Of a DNA stretch of 64,000 nt, positions 34,197 through 45,502 are shown one piece after another. The translations under genes and the position numbers were made by a program. The notes under the pieces are model-generated. The model ran no database searches and was not told the DNA's origin. It saw only the letters and a list, made by a program, of their open reading frames with translations. Numbering within the stretch: the stretch's first letter is position 1; each line of letters starts with the position of its first letter. Source of the DNA: Octopus bimaculoides (lineage: Eukaryota); contig NC_069008.1 of assembly GCF_001194135.2 (NCBI RefSeq), positions 1,556,261-1,620,260 on the forward strand, in the 5' to 3' direction.

Positions 34197-34364
34197 CTTT
34201 ATTTAAAAGCAGCAGAAATATAACAAAAGACTGTTACTCTGAGTTTCACGTTCCCGTTCATCGCACAGTTTTGTTAGAAATTTCTAACAAAACTGTCCGA
34301 TGAACGGGAACGTGAAACTCAGAGTAACAGTCTTTTGTTATATTTCTGCTGCTTTTAAATAAAG
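34197..34364. repeat. 168-bp loopless palindrome of the same repeat family as 5677-5945
   Basis: Self-complementary about 34280/34281 with a single C/C mismatch (34264/34297). Confidence 0.9.
34285..34340 (+). ncRNA. Hammerhead-like motif with CCGATGA (U4C) core
   Basis: Same helices as the 5.9-kb motif (actgt/acagt, acg-GGAA-cgt, GAAA, ctc-a-gag, GTA), but the core reads CCGATGA at 34297-34303. Confidence 0.6.
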
Positions 34365-34487
34365 CATATTACTCTACCTCTGGTATTTGAGTACTCTTTT
34401 TTCTACCTTGTTGCACATTTTATGTGCTTACTCCAGTATATATATATATATATTACTAATTGACGATTCCCTGCCCTTATTCTTGTG

Positions 34488-34534
<47 letters not shown>

Positions 34535-35592
34535 ATGTATGTATGTATATATAGTTGAAATTTACAGAAAAACAAAAGACAAAGACAAGTGTATGAACAA
34601 CAAGCAGGTGTATTAGTTTGACATTCGGGAAAGTGGGAAAGCCTTTTACGTTTCGAGCCTACGCTCTTCAACAGAAAGGAATAAGAGAAAATAAACAGAG
34701 AGAATAAAAAACTTGTGGAACAAGCATGGTGACTGGTTATAAACTTATAAAAAATCATGTGGCTATGTGTGTGTATATACATATATACATACATGCACAT
34801 GCATATATATGAGTGTATGTGTATAGGTATTTTGTTTTCATTTCATTTCTCATCTCTACTTTATTACACTGTGTAACAAAATTTAATTTTTTTTTTTTTT
34901 GTCTTTGGTCAGTAAGGGTTATTTCCTATTTGCTTCTGCCTAGAAATCAAAGGAAATGTCTACTATTCCCTTCAAACTTTGCCTTTGTCACCTGGACATC
35001 AATATTTTGAAACTGATCTATTTTCCCATTACATTTCAGACAGGTTCAGCACGGAGTTGCATTATAGCAATCACTTTTTTTCTTTTTAATTATCTCTACA
35101 GATTTTCTAGAGAAATTAAAGCTACATTTGAAAGTTACAACGATGCGTTTACGAATACGTCGATGGAAACAATACGATCGAAAATAGAAAAATAAGCATT
35201 TCAGTTTCCGTCTATCAAATCTATTGACAAGGCTCTGGTCAGCACTGGGCCATAGAAGACCCTTGTCCAATGTGCTACGCAGAGGGACTGAGCCTAAGAC
35301 CACATAGTTTGGAAGCAAGCTTCTTAACTATGCAGCCACAGCCACGTCTATATTGATAACATGAATTCATTAAGAATTTATTTTGTATGCTGTTTAATAT
35401 AGCTTTATTCGTCTTTCGTGTTCAAATACATACGAATGACTTCTATGAGTTATTTCCCTTTGGGCACCGTTATTTCACTTATGTGTATGTATGTGCGTAT
35501 GCATGTTAATACACATACAGACAGGCATCTGTATGTGTATGTTATATATTATACGTGTGTGTATGTATGTATGTATGTATGTATGTCACGTC

Positions 35593-35604
35593 CGCGCATG
35601 CGCA
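35593..35604. promoter_or_regulatory. NRF1/EWG-type palindrome CGCGCATGCGCA in the conserved family-B upstream block
   Basis: Matches YGCGCAYGCGCR. Variants preceded by TGTCAC occur at 29374, 42486 and 63076. Confidence 0.55.
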
Positions 35605-35862
35605 ATAATCCTCGATTTCACTTCCAAACCAGTTTTTCTTCCTTGTTTGTGTTATGTCTCTCTTCCAGCAATATTCACCTTTATAAAACATTTCCGTATT
35701 TAATAACGAAACCACTTATATCTGTCCGTATTGTATGTTTTTGTCAACATTAACTGACTTATCACCCAACCCTCCATCGCACGATATAACCGGAAAAATT
35801 GAATGATTCCAACCAAACATCAATATTAAATAATTGCCGGATAATCGAGAAAGCTCTCTCAA

Positions 35863-35868
35863 GTAAGT
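35863..35868 (+). other. Candidate 5' splice donor GTAAGT of non-coding exon 1 (B2)
   Basis: Conserved at the equivalent position 42760-42765 upstream of B3. Confidence 0.5.
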
Positions 35869-35919
35869 CGCAATTTTTCCGGAAATTTTTTTTCTTTTGT
35901 TATTTCTCAAAATAGTTTC

Positions 35920-36440
35920 GGTAGAGATGGACTATATGTAATCTGAACCTTTCCCCCCCTTATTTATTAATTTTTTTTTTTACGGAATCCCACGTTTTAG
36001 GCTATGGAGATTCCGATTCTGAAAAAAAAATTTTTGAAAAATTTTTTCCAGAATCGGATTCTCCATGGTCTGAAACATAGGATTCCGTAAAAAAAACAAA
36101 ATTTAAAAGTTANNNNNNNNNNNNNNNNNNNNNNNNNNNNNNNNNNNNNNNNNNNNNNNNNNNNNNNNNNNNNNNNNNNNNNNNNNNNNNNNNNNNNNNN
36201 NNNNNNNNNNNNNNNNNNNNNNNNNNNNNNNNNNNNNNNNNNNNNNNNNNNNNNNNNNNNNNNNNNNNNNNNNNNNNNNNNNNNNNNNNNNNNNNNNNNN
36301 NNNNNNNAATTTTGAAATTGAGATTTTTGAAAAATTTTTTCCAGAATCGGATTCTCCATGGTCTGAAACATAGGATTCCGTAAAAAAAACAAAATTTAAA
36401 AGTTATGGTATACCCAGATTACATATACTCCATCTCCACC
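35920..36440. mobile_element. GGTRGAGATGG MITE, 8-bp TSD
   Basis: TSD ATAGTTTC 35912-35919 and 36441-36448; same TIRs. Confidence 0.9.
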
Positions 36441-37278
36441 ATAGTTTCTTTTTGTGTGTGTGTGTGGCAGTCCACTGCTTTTGGTCTCTGAAAACTGAAG
36501 GTATTTGTTCGCCAACTTTCATATAGAATTTTTTGTTTCTTTAATGTTTATTTTTTGCAGCTGATCAGTGAAAAACACGGTCGCGCACACACGTTCATTG
36601 TTTTTAATTTGCACGAGCGACTTGAACAGCGACGCACAGAGGCCAACACACTCTTGTACAGACACTCACTCACACACACATGTGCAGATACACATACAGA
36701 CGTAAAAGTACGTTTTATTTTTTCACGAATTCATTATTTTTATGTCATCTCTGTCATATCCTCTACGAAGGATATGTGGCGCATTGTTGTATTCGAGAGG
36801 ATCTGCCCCTCAACAGAATTGAGATCCTAAAAGCCAAGGGTGCACATTGGGATTAAACACTGAGGGGAAACCGCTGTAACTTTTTTTTATTTTTTCATTT
36901 TGGCGATTTTCCCTTTCGAATTCTACATATCACGGTCATGCGATTCCCCCTATAAAATTTTTTTTTACCATCCCCCCCGCCAAAATGAAAAAATAAAAAA
37001 AGTTACAGCGGTTTTCCCTCAGTGTCTAATCCTAATGTGCACCAAGCCGAGATTCCATGTAGAAAGCATTAGCGTGGGAGCTAATGCCATGTAAAAAGCA
37101 CGGGTGATGGTGCCACATAAAAACGCACCTAGAACACTCCGTGGGGTGTTTGGCGTTAAAAAGAGCATCCAGTCGTAGAAAACAAACCAAAATAAACTAT
37201 TGAACCACGTGCAGCCTCTGACCATACCAGTTGCTGTCGAGCCGTCCAACCGATGCCAGCATGGAAAACCGGCATTAA

Positions 37279-38235
37279 ATGATAGTGGTGATTAATAAGA
37301 ACTGTGAATCACTTAACTGAAATATGTAGAGAGTGCTTTGGTATTCAGAACACGGCAGGGGTTAAGAACACTTACATCACCCGTTCTCAGTATAACAAAA
37401 ACCCTAACCCTAAACACAGGGTGTATGTATTCTTTACTTTCACCCAGAACGAAATACAGAAACTTAAGTGAACCAAGTGCACTGGAATTATTACTAATGC
37501 TCTTGGTCCATATTTGAAAGAATTGTTAAAAATTGTCTTAGGAAAAGACAAGTAGAGTTTAATTATAATTAAATTGTAATCTCGGTAGATTTATCAATAA
37601 ATATTGATAGATTTATCAAGATTTCTGTCACCAAATTGCTGGAAATTATATATTCAGATCTTTGAAAAAAATTTTTTAAATTTGTGGTGTGTCTAGGTGC
37701 AGGCTTGGCTGTGTGGTAAGAAACTTGTTTCCCAACCACATGGTTCTGGGTTCAGTCCCACTGCGTAGCACCTTGGGCAAGTTTCTTCTACTATAGCCTG
37801 GGACTGACCAAGACTTTGTGAGTGGATATGGTAGACAGAAACTGAACAGAAGCCCATCATTTATACATATATGTTTGTGTGTCTGTGTTTGTCCACCACC
37901 GCTATTACTTGACAACCAATGTTGGTGTGTTTACACCCCGTAGCTTAGCGGTTTGGCAATAGAGAACGATAAAATAAGTGCCAGGCTTACAAAAAATAAG
38001 TCCTGGGGTTCATTTCAACTAAAAGGCAGTGCTCTAGCATGGCTGCAGTCAAATGACAAACGAGTAAAAGTAAAAGAATAAAAGAATATTTTGACTTAGT
38101 TGAATTGCAAGAATGCAATGCTAATAAAATAAGGTGTGCATTTAAAGAATGCTTAAAAGAGCAGGACTTTGATTTGCAAAATCTGGTTGCATTAGATGCA
38201 GACAATGCATCAGTCATGACTGGTGTAAAGCAATG
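37279..38235 (+). mobile_element. hAT transposase remnant (interrupted by a MITE and a SINE)
   Basis: TVNHLTEICRECFG..K*TKCTGIITNALGPYLKELL..SLII and ECNANKIRCAFKECLKEQDFDLQNLVALDADNASVMTGV. The duplicate at 43219-44260 retains SLIIDESTEISVPKLL. Confidence 0.8.
37354..37444. mobile_element. Mini-MITE (GG...CC) with CCCTAA core
   Basis: Absent from the paralog at ~43270; flanks cagaacac/cagaacga; same family as 16134-16283. Confidence 0.7.
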
Positions 38236-38253
38236 GTATATATGCCATATTAA

Positions 38254-38528
38254 CCCATTACCTCCCATAATTCTATTAACTGGAATTTTTTTATGGAACT
38301 TTGATTTCTAGCATAAAACAGCCTTAGAAACATGCTGGAATGATCAAAATAACATTTTAAATAGAAATAAGTGAGATATTGGGTGAAAAATTAGCAAACC
38401 TCATTTGAATATCAGAGAAATATACCTAGTAGATATAACAAAAAGGTTAGATATGTGTAAATATTGACAGATAATTACGAAATTTGTAATTTTTAAGTGA
38501 TCTCATGAGATCACTGGTAGGTAATGGG
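38254..38528. mobile_element. Complete piggyBac-like MITE
   Basis: TTAA TSD (38250-38253, 38529-38532); TIR CCCATTACCTCCCA / TGGTAGGTAATGGG (13/14). Confidence 0.9.
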
Positions 38529-38849
38529 TTAAGGAGAAATTTCTCATCTGATACTTGAAAGACGTGTTTGTCATTCCTTCCACCTTACTGTATCACATGC
38601 TGCACCTGAATATTTTCCAAGAAATTGAGATTTTGTGATAAAAGAAACCTACAGCTGGTTCTCATATTAATCAGTATGTCAAGCAAAATGTAAACACCAT
38701 TTTTACCACAATAAAGGAGGGAAAACAGTTGTTAAAGCTTGTTCAATCTAGTGTGACAAGATGTGGTGTAGTTAAATAATTATATCTACAGTTTACTTGT
38801 ATGGCGATGTGGTAATGTTGTTGTATCTCTTCTTTCTCTTATACTGCTT

Positions 38850-38870
38850 TTTTTCCTATCCTTATTTCAG
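38850..38870 (+). other. Candidate 3' splice acceptor of the family-B coding exon
   Basis: Pyrimidine tract + TTTCAG conserved at 31142, 38870 and 44692, where paralog similarity continues into the UTR. Confidence 0.55.
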
Positions 38871-39411
38871 ATTATCAAATGACATTTGTGGTTATAGGAT
38901 TGCTTACAGCAGAATCATCATACATCATCAATATTGATCATCTTTTGAAGATTACTTAAGTGATATAATCTGCTTATATAAATCTCTGGTGAATTAGTGA
39001 AATATTTCTTCTGAATGGTGATTAATAGCAAAATTTTTTCTTGGAATGTTTAGATGATAAAACTAAACTTGGACAAATTTACAAAGGAGTTTTCAGCCTC
39101 TTCAAATCTCAACATAGATCAGAATTGATGAAAATATAACAGCAGAAATATTTGTTACAAATAATATGTGAGTGAGGAGAAAAATAGAATAAACATATTT
39201 ATTTAAGTGTGACTGTGTGGTAAGAAGTTTGCTTCCCAACGACATGGTTCCAGGTTTAGTCCCACTGTGTGGCACTTTGAGCAAGTAATTTCTACTGTAG
39301 CCCGAGGCCAACCAAAGCCTTCATTTGACTAAAACCCCACAAGGCAGTGCCTCAGCATGACTTCTGTCCAATGTCTGAAACAAATGATATTTTAGCAAGA
39401 GAAGAAAAATT

Positions 39412-40437
39412 ATGGAAAATAAATTATGTGAGGACACAGTTGAATTTAAAACAGAATTCAAACCTATTGATTTTCCTGATAATATAAAGAAAGAGAAAAA
39501 CGAGACACCTTCTCTATGCAACATTTGTGGTAGGTCGTTCTCTGAAAAAGATCACCTCACTAATCATAAATGTATTCACACAGGAGAGAGGCCATATCAT
39601 TGTGATGTCTGTGGTAAGTCATTCTGTCAAAAAGTTCATTTAACTGTTCATGTACGCGTCCATACAGGAGAGAAACCTTATCACTGTGATGTCTGTGGTA
39701 AATCATTCTCTGTAGGAAGTACCTTAACAAAACACAAACGCATTCATACAGGAGAGAAACCATATCACTGTGATGTCTGTGGTAAATCATTCTCTGGAAG
39801 TAGCGACTTAACTCAACATAAACACTTTCATACGGGTGAGAGACCATATCGTTGTAATGTGTGCGGAAAATCATTTTCAAAAAGTCCACACTTAACTGTA
39901 CATAAACGTATTCACACAGGAGAGAAACCGTATCAGTGTGATATCTGTGGTAAATCATTCTCTGGAAGTAGTCCCTTAGTAATTCATAAACGTGTTCATA
40001 CAGGAGAGAAGCCATATCACTGTGATATCTGTGATAAATCGTTCTCCCAAAGTACACATTTGACTGTCCATAGAAATAGTCACACAGGAGAAAAACCATA
40101 TCAGTGTGATATCTGTGGTAAATCATTCTCAAAAAATCCATACTTAACTATACATAAACGTATTCACACAGGAGAAAAACCATATCAGTGTGATATCTGT
40201 GGTAAGTCATTCCCTGGCAGTAGTGCCTTAGCTACTCATAAGCGTGTTCACACAGGAGAGAAACCATATCAGTGCGATGTTTGTGGTAAACCATTCTCAC
40301 AAAGTGCACACCTAACTGTACATAGACTTATTCACACAGGAGAAAAACCATATCATTGTGATATCTGTGGTAAATCATTCTCAAAAAATAAATATTTAAG
40401 TACTCATAGATGTATTCACACAGAAGAAAACCCATAG
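39412..40437 (+). CDS. C2H2 zinc-finger protein B2 (11 fingers)
   Basis: 341-aa ORF with a [18 protein letters not shown] leader. Confidence 0.92.
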   Translation: MENKLCEDTVEFKTEFKPIDFPDNIKKEKNETPSLCNICGRSFSEKDHLTNHKCIHTGERPYHCDVCGKSFCQKVHLTVHVRVHTGEKPYHCDVCGKSFSVGSTLTKHKRIHTGEKPYHCDVCGKSFSGSSDLTQHKHFHTGERPYRCNVCGKSFSKSPHLTVHKRIHTGEKPYQCDICGKSFSGSSPLVIHKRVHTGEKPYHCDICDKSFSQSTHLTVHRNSHTGEKPYQCDICGKSFSKNPYLTIHKRIHTGEKPYQCDICGKSFPGSSALATHKRVHTGEKPYQCDVCGKPFSQSAHLTVHRLIHTGEKPYHCDICGKSFSKNKYLSTHRCIHTEENP

Positions 40438-40712
40438 TGTGATATCTGGCAAATCATTCTCTGAAAAATAGTCCCTCAACTATTTATATAAATCAATAAA
40501 TAAAGTGTTATAGCTATTAAAATGAAAAAATTTTGGGTAATTTTAGCCAATTGTAAGCCACAAACATTCATGTATGTTTCCATAGTAACAACGCAAACAT
40601 GAGAACTCTTTTGTCTACAAGAAAGCCCATGTTGACAAGTATATTCCAGCCATTGAGGTGGTTGTCATATATGCTGAAAATAGCAGTGAAATAGGCCTTA
40701 AATTGTGCACCA

Positions 40713-41090
40713 GAGCAGGATGCAGTTTCGTACTTGCAAGAAAATGGTGTTATGCTCCAAAGAAAATTATGCAACATGAAGAAGCATTTTATGAATACAA
40801 GACAACATGGTGGGAATATGTACTAGTGATACATGTGCCAAGGATACATGGAATCTGTGTCAGTGAGGAAAGACTCGTGGTTTGAAAGTGACCCCCTCTG
40901 TCTTAGGACTGTAGTGCTTTCCCTTTACTCGTTGGTTAAGGAATTGATTTCAGTCAGGTTTTGTGTTGAAGAACTGGGGATGAGCCATTGCACAGCTGTC
41001 GATTATAACAGCTATGGTAGGGAAGTATGTGTGGAGGACCTGCTCCATTATCCAATTAAGGTTGGTGATCCTGGGAAGATTGTTGAGATG
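40713..41090 (+). mobile_element. Merlin / ISXO2-like (IS1016-related) transposase N-terminal remnant
   Basis: EQDAVSYLQENG..C..SVRKDSWFE..ELGMSHCTAVDYNSYGREVC..PIKVGDPGKIVE resembles the segment preceding GGPGKIVEIDES; truncated at the first catalytic Asp. Confidence 0.75.
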
Positions 41091-43603
41091 TTTTTTTTTA
41101 AATATATAATCTGTAATTTGCTATTTTGTTTTGTGATAAATCTCCTTGTGCTATAAGTTTCTTATTTTGAGAAATGTTTAATTTGCAATGTGCCGTTTAC
41201 CACATTAAATGCATATTGAATGCTTAAAATTACAAATTATGTGTTATTTAATTGTTTTTTTTTTTTGTCTTTGAGGTGGTTGTGAGGTGTGCTAAAAATA
41301 GCAGCTAAATAGGCCTTAAATCACACACCCCAACAACTTTCCTTTTTCCATAATCGTATGAATTCCCACGTGTAGAATAAAAATTTGCAAAAAATTTTCT
41401 GAAAATTCCAAAATATAAAAAGTCATTTGTGTACGGTTTCCTATAAAAACACACGTGCTATTTTCAGGATGTTGCAAAATGCACAGTCACACACAAAATG
41501 ACAGCTTTCAAATATTGTTACCTGACAAGGTGAAAATGATCAAACTTTAAAAATCTATAACTCTTTTTTTTTTTTTTTTGAATTTGGAGAAAGTGAGAGA
41601 TCTCCAGCAATTCAACTTNNNNNNNNNNNNNNNNNNNNNNNNNNNNNNNNNNNNNNNNNNNNNNNNNNNNNNNNNNNNNNNNNNNNNNNNNNNNNNNNNN
41701 NNNNNNNNNNNNNNNNNNNNNNNNNNNNNNNNNNNNNNNNNNNNNNNTTTTTTTTTTTTTTTTGAATTTGGAGAAAGTGAGAGATCTCCAGCAATTCAAC
41801 TTGGAAAACTACATTAATATACCAAATTTTAAAATTTTCAATACACCTTGATTTTTGAAATCTTGGCAGCCAAACAGAAAAGGTCCGCCACATGCACTGT
41901 ATAACAGTGGTGTAACACAATCGATATACCAATTTTACATATTAAACAGATTCTTGGCATATTAATTGCTTGCAGAGACGCTGTATTTTGTTATACAACC
42001 ATAATATTCTACCAACTATATTAAAGGTTTTATAAATCAATGCTATGTCCTACTGTATTAGCATTGCAATTCAATCACTTTTTAAAATTATCTCTTATAG
42101 ATTTTCTAGAGAAATCAAAGGTACATCTGAAAGTTATGACGATGCGTATACGAATACGTCGATGGAAATAATACGATCGAAAATAGTAAAAATAAGCATT
42201 TCAGTTTCCGTCTATCAAATCTATTCACAAGGCTTTGGTCAGCCCAGGGCCATAGAAGACACCTGTCCAATTTGCTACGCCATAGGACTGAACCGAAGAC
42301 CACACGGTTTGGAAATGAATTCATTAAGAATTTATCTTGTATGATTTATCTACCCTTACTCAAATACATAATGATCTCTATGAGTTATTTCCCTTGGGAT
42401 ACCGTTATTTCATTTAGGTAAGTATGTGTATGTGTGCGTATAAATGCTTATATATATGTATGTAAGTGTGTATTTGTGTCACTTCTGCGCAAGCGCATTA
42501 AGGGTTAATACGATTGCCAAACCTTTCCTGTTTCTTTTGAGTCTTGTCTTATGTCTCTCTTCCACCAATATTCTCCTTTATAAAGCATTTCCGTATTTAA
42601 TAACGAAACCACTATATCTGTCCATATTATATGTTTTCGTCAACATCAACTGACTTATTACCCAACCCTCCATCGCACGATATAACCGGAAAAAGTTGAA
42701 TCATTCCAACCAAACATGAATATTAAATAATTGCCGGATAATCGAGAATGCTCTCTCACGTAAGTTGCAATTTTTCCGGAATTTTTTTTTGCGCTTGTTT
42801 TTTGGCAAGACATTTCCTTTTTTTTTTATTTAAAGTTTCCTCCTAGTGAAAACAAATTTCGCGAGAAGCTCTTTCTGAAAAATAATTTTCTTTAAAATCC
42901 ATGTTTTTCATCTTCCCTTCGGAACAGTAACATCCACTAATACGCCCCTCCCCTTTATTGTTTGTTCTTTAGAACAAACAAACATACATACACAAAAATA
43001 CATCAACATAAGAGATTCTGGTTAATGTTTACTTGAATACGTGGCCACCAAAACAAAACAAGAAAAAAAAAGGGTAATTTTTCAGATTAACACCCGCACG
43101 ATCTTCACTAGGGTGTTAGGGTTTTAGGGTTAGGGAGTCCTTGGCCTTACCAGTACATGTTAAGCCGTCCAACCCATGCCAGCATGGAAAACGGATGCTA
43201 AATGATGATGATGATTGGTAAGAACTGTGAATCACTTAACTGAAATGTGTAGAGAGTGCTTTGGTAATCAGAACAAAATACAGAAGCGTAAGTGGACCAA
43301 GTGCACTGGATTTATTACTAATTATTACTTGGTCCATATTTTAAAGAGTTAAAAAGTGTGTAACTGTTGTGTAGTGTGTGTGCCGTTGTCTCACAGTGGC
43401 TGACAGTAACTTCATCTTTTCCTCTGGCCAAGGTTGTAGTTGGTCACCGGCGGCTGGTGACTAGCCTGTTGAGGCGTCACCGATCGGTGACTAAAGAGAG
43501 AGTTTGCTTGTGGTCTCCTGTTTTTATAGCTAGTGAGAACAAAGGATTCTATTCTAGATCTGATGGAGTAGAAGAGGTCACCAAAGGGTCAAGTGGTGGA
43601 GAC

Positions 43604-43970
43604 GGTCCAGATGGACTATATGTAATCTGAACCTTTCCCCCCTTATTTATTACGGAATCCCACGTTTTAGGCTATGGAGATTTCGATTCACCCTCCCCCC
43701 GTTTTTATATAGATCCACAGGGTAAACCTAACTCAAACCCTAACCCTAACCATAACCCTGACCCTAACCCTAAACCTAACACTAGTTTTGTGAGATTTGG
43801 CTGTTATTTCTAGCATGTAAATAGCCTGCTTAGTGGTGGGGGGGATTGAAATTTTTCAAACAATTTTTTTTCAGAATCGGAATCTCCATAGCCTAAAACG
43901 TGGGATTCCGTAAAAAAATTAATAAATAAGGGTGGGGAAAGGTTCAGATTACATATAGTCCGTCTCTACC
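43604..43970. mobile_element. GGTRGAGATGG MITE with internal (CCCTAA)n, 8-bp TSD
   Basis: TSD GTGGAGAC 43596-43603 and 43971-43978; telomere-like run 43724-43780. Confidence 0.9.
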
Positions 43971-45502
43971 GTGGAGACACCACCTCGAAAACCGTTGTTC
44001 CACCGCGAGAAAAGTTCTGACGCAGTATTAATTCAAATTTGTGGCATAGTGGATCGAATCCACTTCACGCCTGTCAGATTCCTATAAGTGTCTTAGGAAG
44101 ACCCAAGCACAGTTTAATTATTGATGAATCTACTGAGATTTCTGTTCCTAAATTGCTGGAAATTATGATTTTACTCAGATCTTAGAAAAGCTGATTATTG
44201 TAACATGTGATTTAGTAGAATTGGGAAAATGCAATGCTAATAAAATAAGTTTTGCATTTAACCCTTTAGTGTTCACATTATTCTGCCATAATTAATGCTT
44301 TTTTTATCCACATTATCTTGAACTAATCATGCATTAACTTGTAGCTATGAGATTTTGATGAGGTAGCTGTTAATTTTTAAAACGATATTGTAGGGTTGGT
44401 GTGTATGCTGTATGAAAGAGAAATTCCTCATCTGATAATTTCTTGATAAAAGAAACCTACAGCTGGTTCTCATATCCATCAGTATGTCAAGAAAAATATA
44501 GACAACTTTTTACCACAATAAAGGAAGGAAAACAGTTGTTAAAGCTTGTTCATCCTTGAGTAATGTGATTCAGTTAAATAATTATATGTACAGTTTATCT
44601 GTAAGGAGATGTGGTAATATTGTTGTATCTCTACTGTTTAAATATCTTCTATATCTGATGCTGTTTTTTTTTCTTTTCTTTTCCTATTTCAGGGCCCTCG
44701 TGCTGGTGGCACATAAAAGCACCCACTACACTCTCGGAGTGGTTGGCATTAGGAAGGGCATCCAGCTGTAGAAACTCTGCCAGATCAGACTGGGGCCCTG
44801 GTGGAGCCTTCTGGTTTCACCAGTCCTCAGTCAAATCGTCCAACCCATGCCAGCATGGAAAGCGGACGTTAAAAGATGATGATGATGATGATGATGAAGT
44901 AACATTCATGGTTAAAGGATTGCTTACAGCAGAGTCATCATACATCATCAATATTTATCATCCTTTGAAGACTAAAAGAAATACTTTACTGAAATGTGCT
45001 TATATAAATCTCTGGTGAATTAGTGAAATATTTCTTCTGAACGGTGATTTATAGCAACATTTTTTCTTGGAATTTTTAAATGATAATCTAAATTTGGACA
45101 AATTTACAAAACGGTTTTCAGCCTCTTCAAATCTCAACATAGATCTGAATTGATGGAAATATAACAGCAGAAATATCTGTCACGAATAAAATATGTAATA
45201 ATTCAGCAAGTATTTTCTACTGTAGCCCCAGGCCAACCAAAGCCTTGTGAGTGGATTTAATAGACAAAACTGAAAAAAGACCATTATATATATATGTGTA
45301 TTTCTGTGTTTGTCACCTACCCCACTTCACATCTGGTGTAAATTTATGCTCTGTATCTTGACAGTTCAGCAAAAGAGACCACTACAATGAGTATCAGACT
45401 TAAGGAAACTTTGACTAAAACTCTACAAGGCTGTGGCTTCAGCATGGTTGCTATCCAATGACTGAAACAAGCAGATACTATTTTAGTGGGAAAAGGAAAA
45501 TT

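Noticed and set aside
34640-34690. TTGAAGAGCGTAGGCTCGAAAC motif (minus strand; also ~57030-57075 on +)
   Set aside because: Reminiscent of Penelope ends with a GAGC/GCTC hairpin before GAAA, but the core is non-canonical and stems I and III cannot be formed convincingly.
39560-40141. Long antisense ORFs over ZNF genes (also 1462, 7980, 31992, 45714, 51353, 54643)
   Set aside because: They are shadow frames of repetitive finger codons (MIYHRYH repeats) with no independent coding signal.
41557-41798. Direct repeats on both sides of gaps (also 36040-36112 vs 36330-36410)
   Set aside because: Most simply overlapping contig ends left unmerged by the scaffolder.
6150-43780. (TTAGGG)n/(CCCTAA)n runs as true telomere or fusion scars
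   Set aside because: The runs are short and lie inside or beside TIR- or TSD-bounded elements wherever boundaries can be seen.
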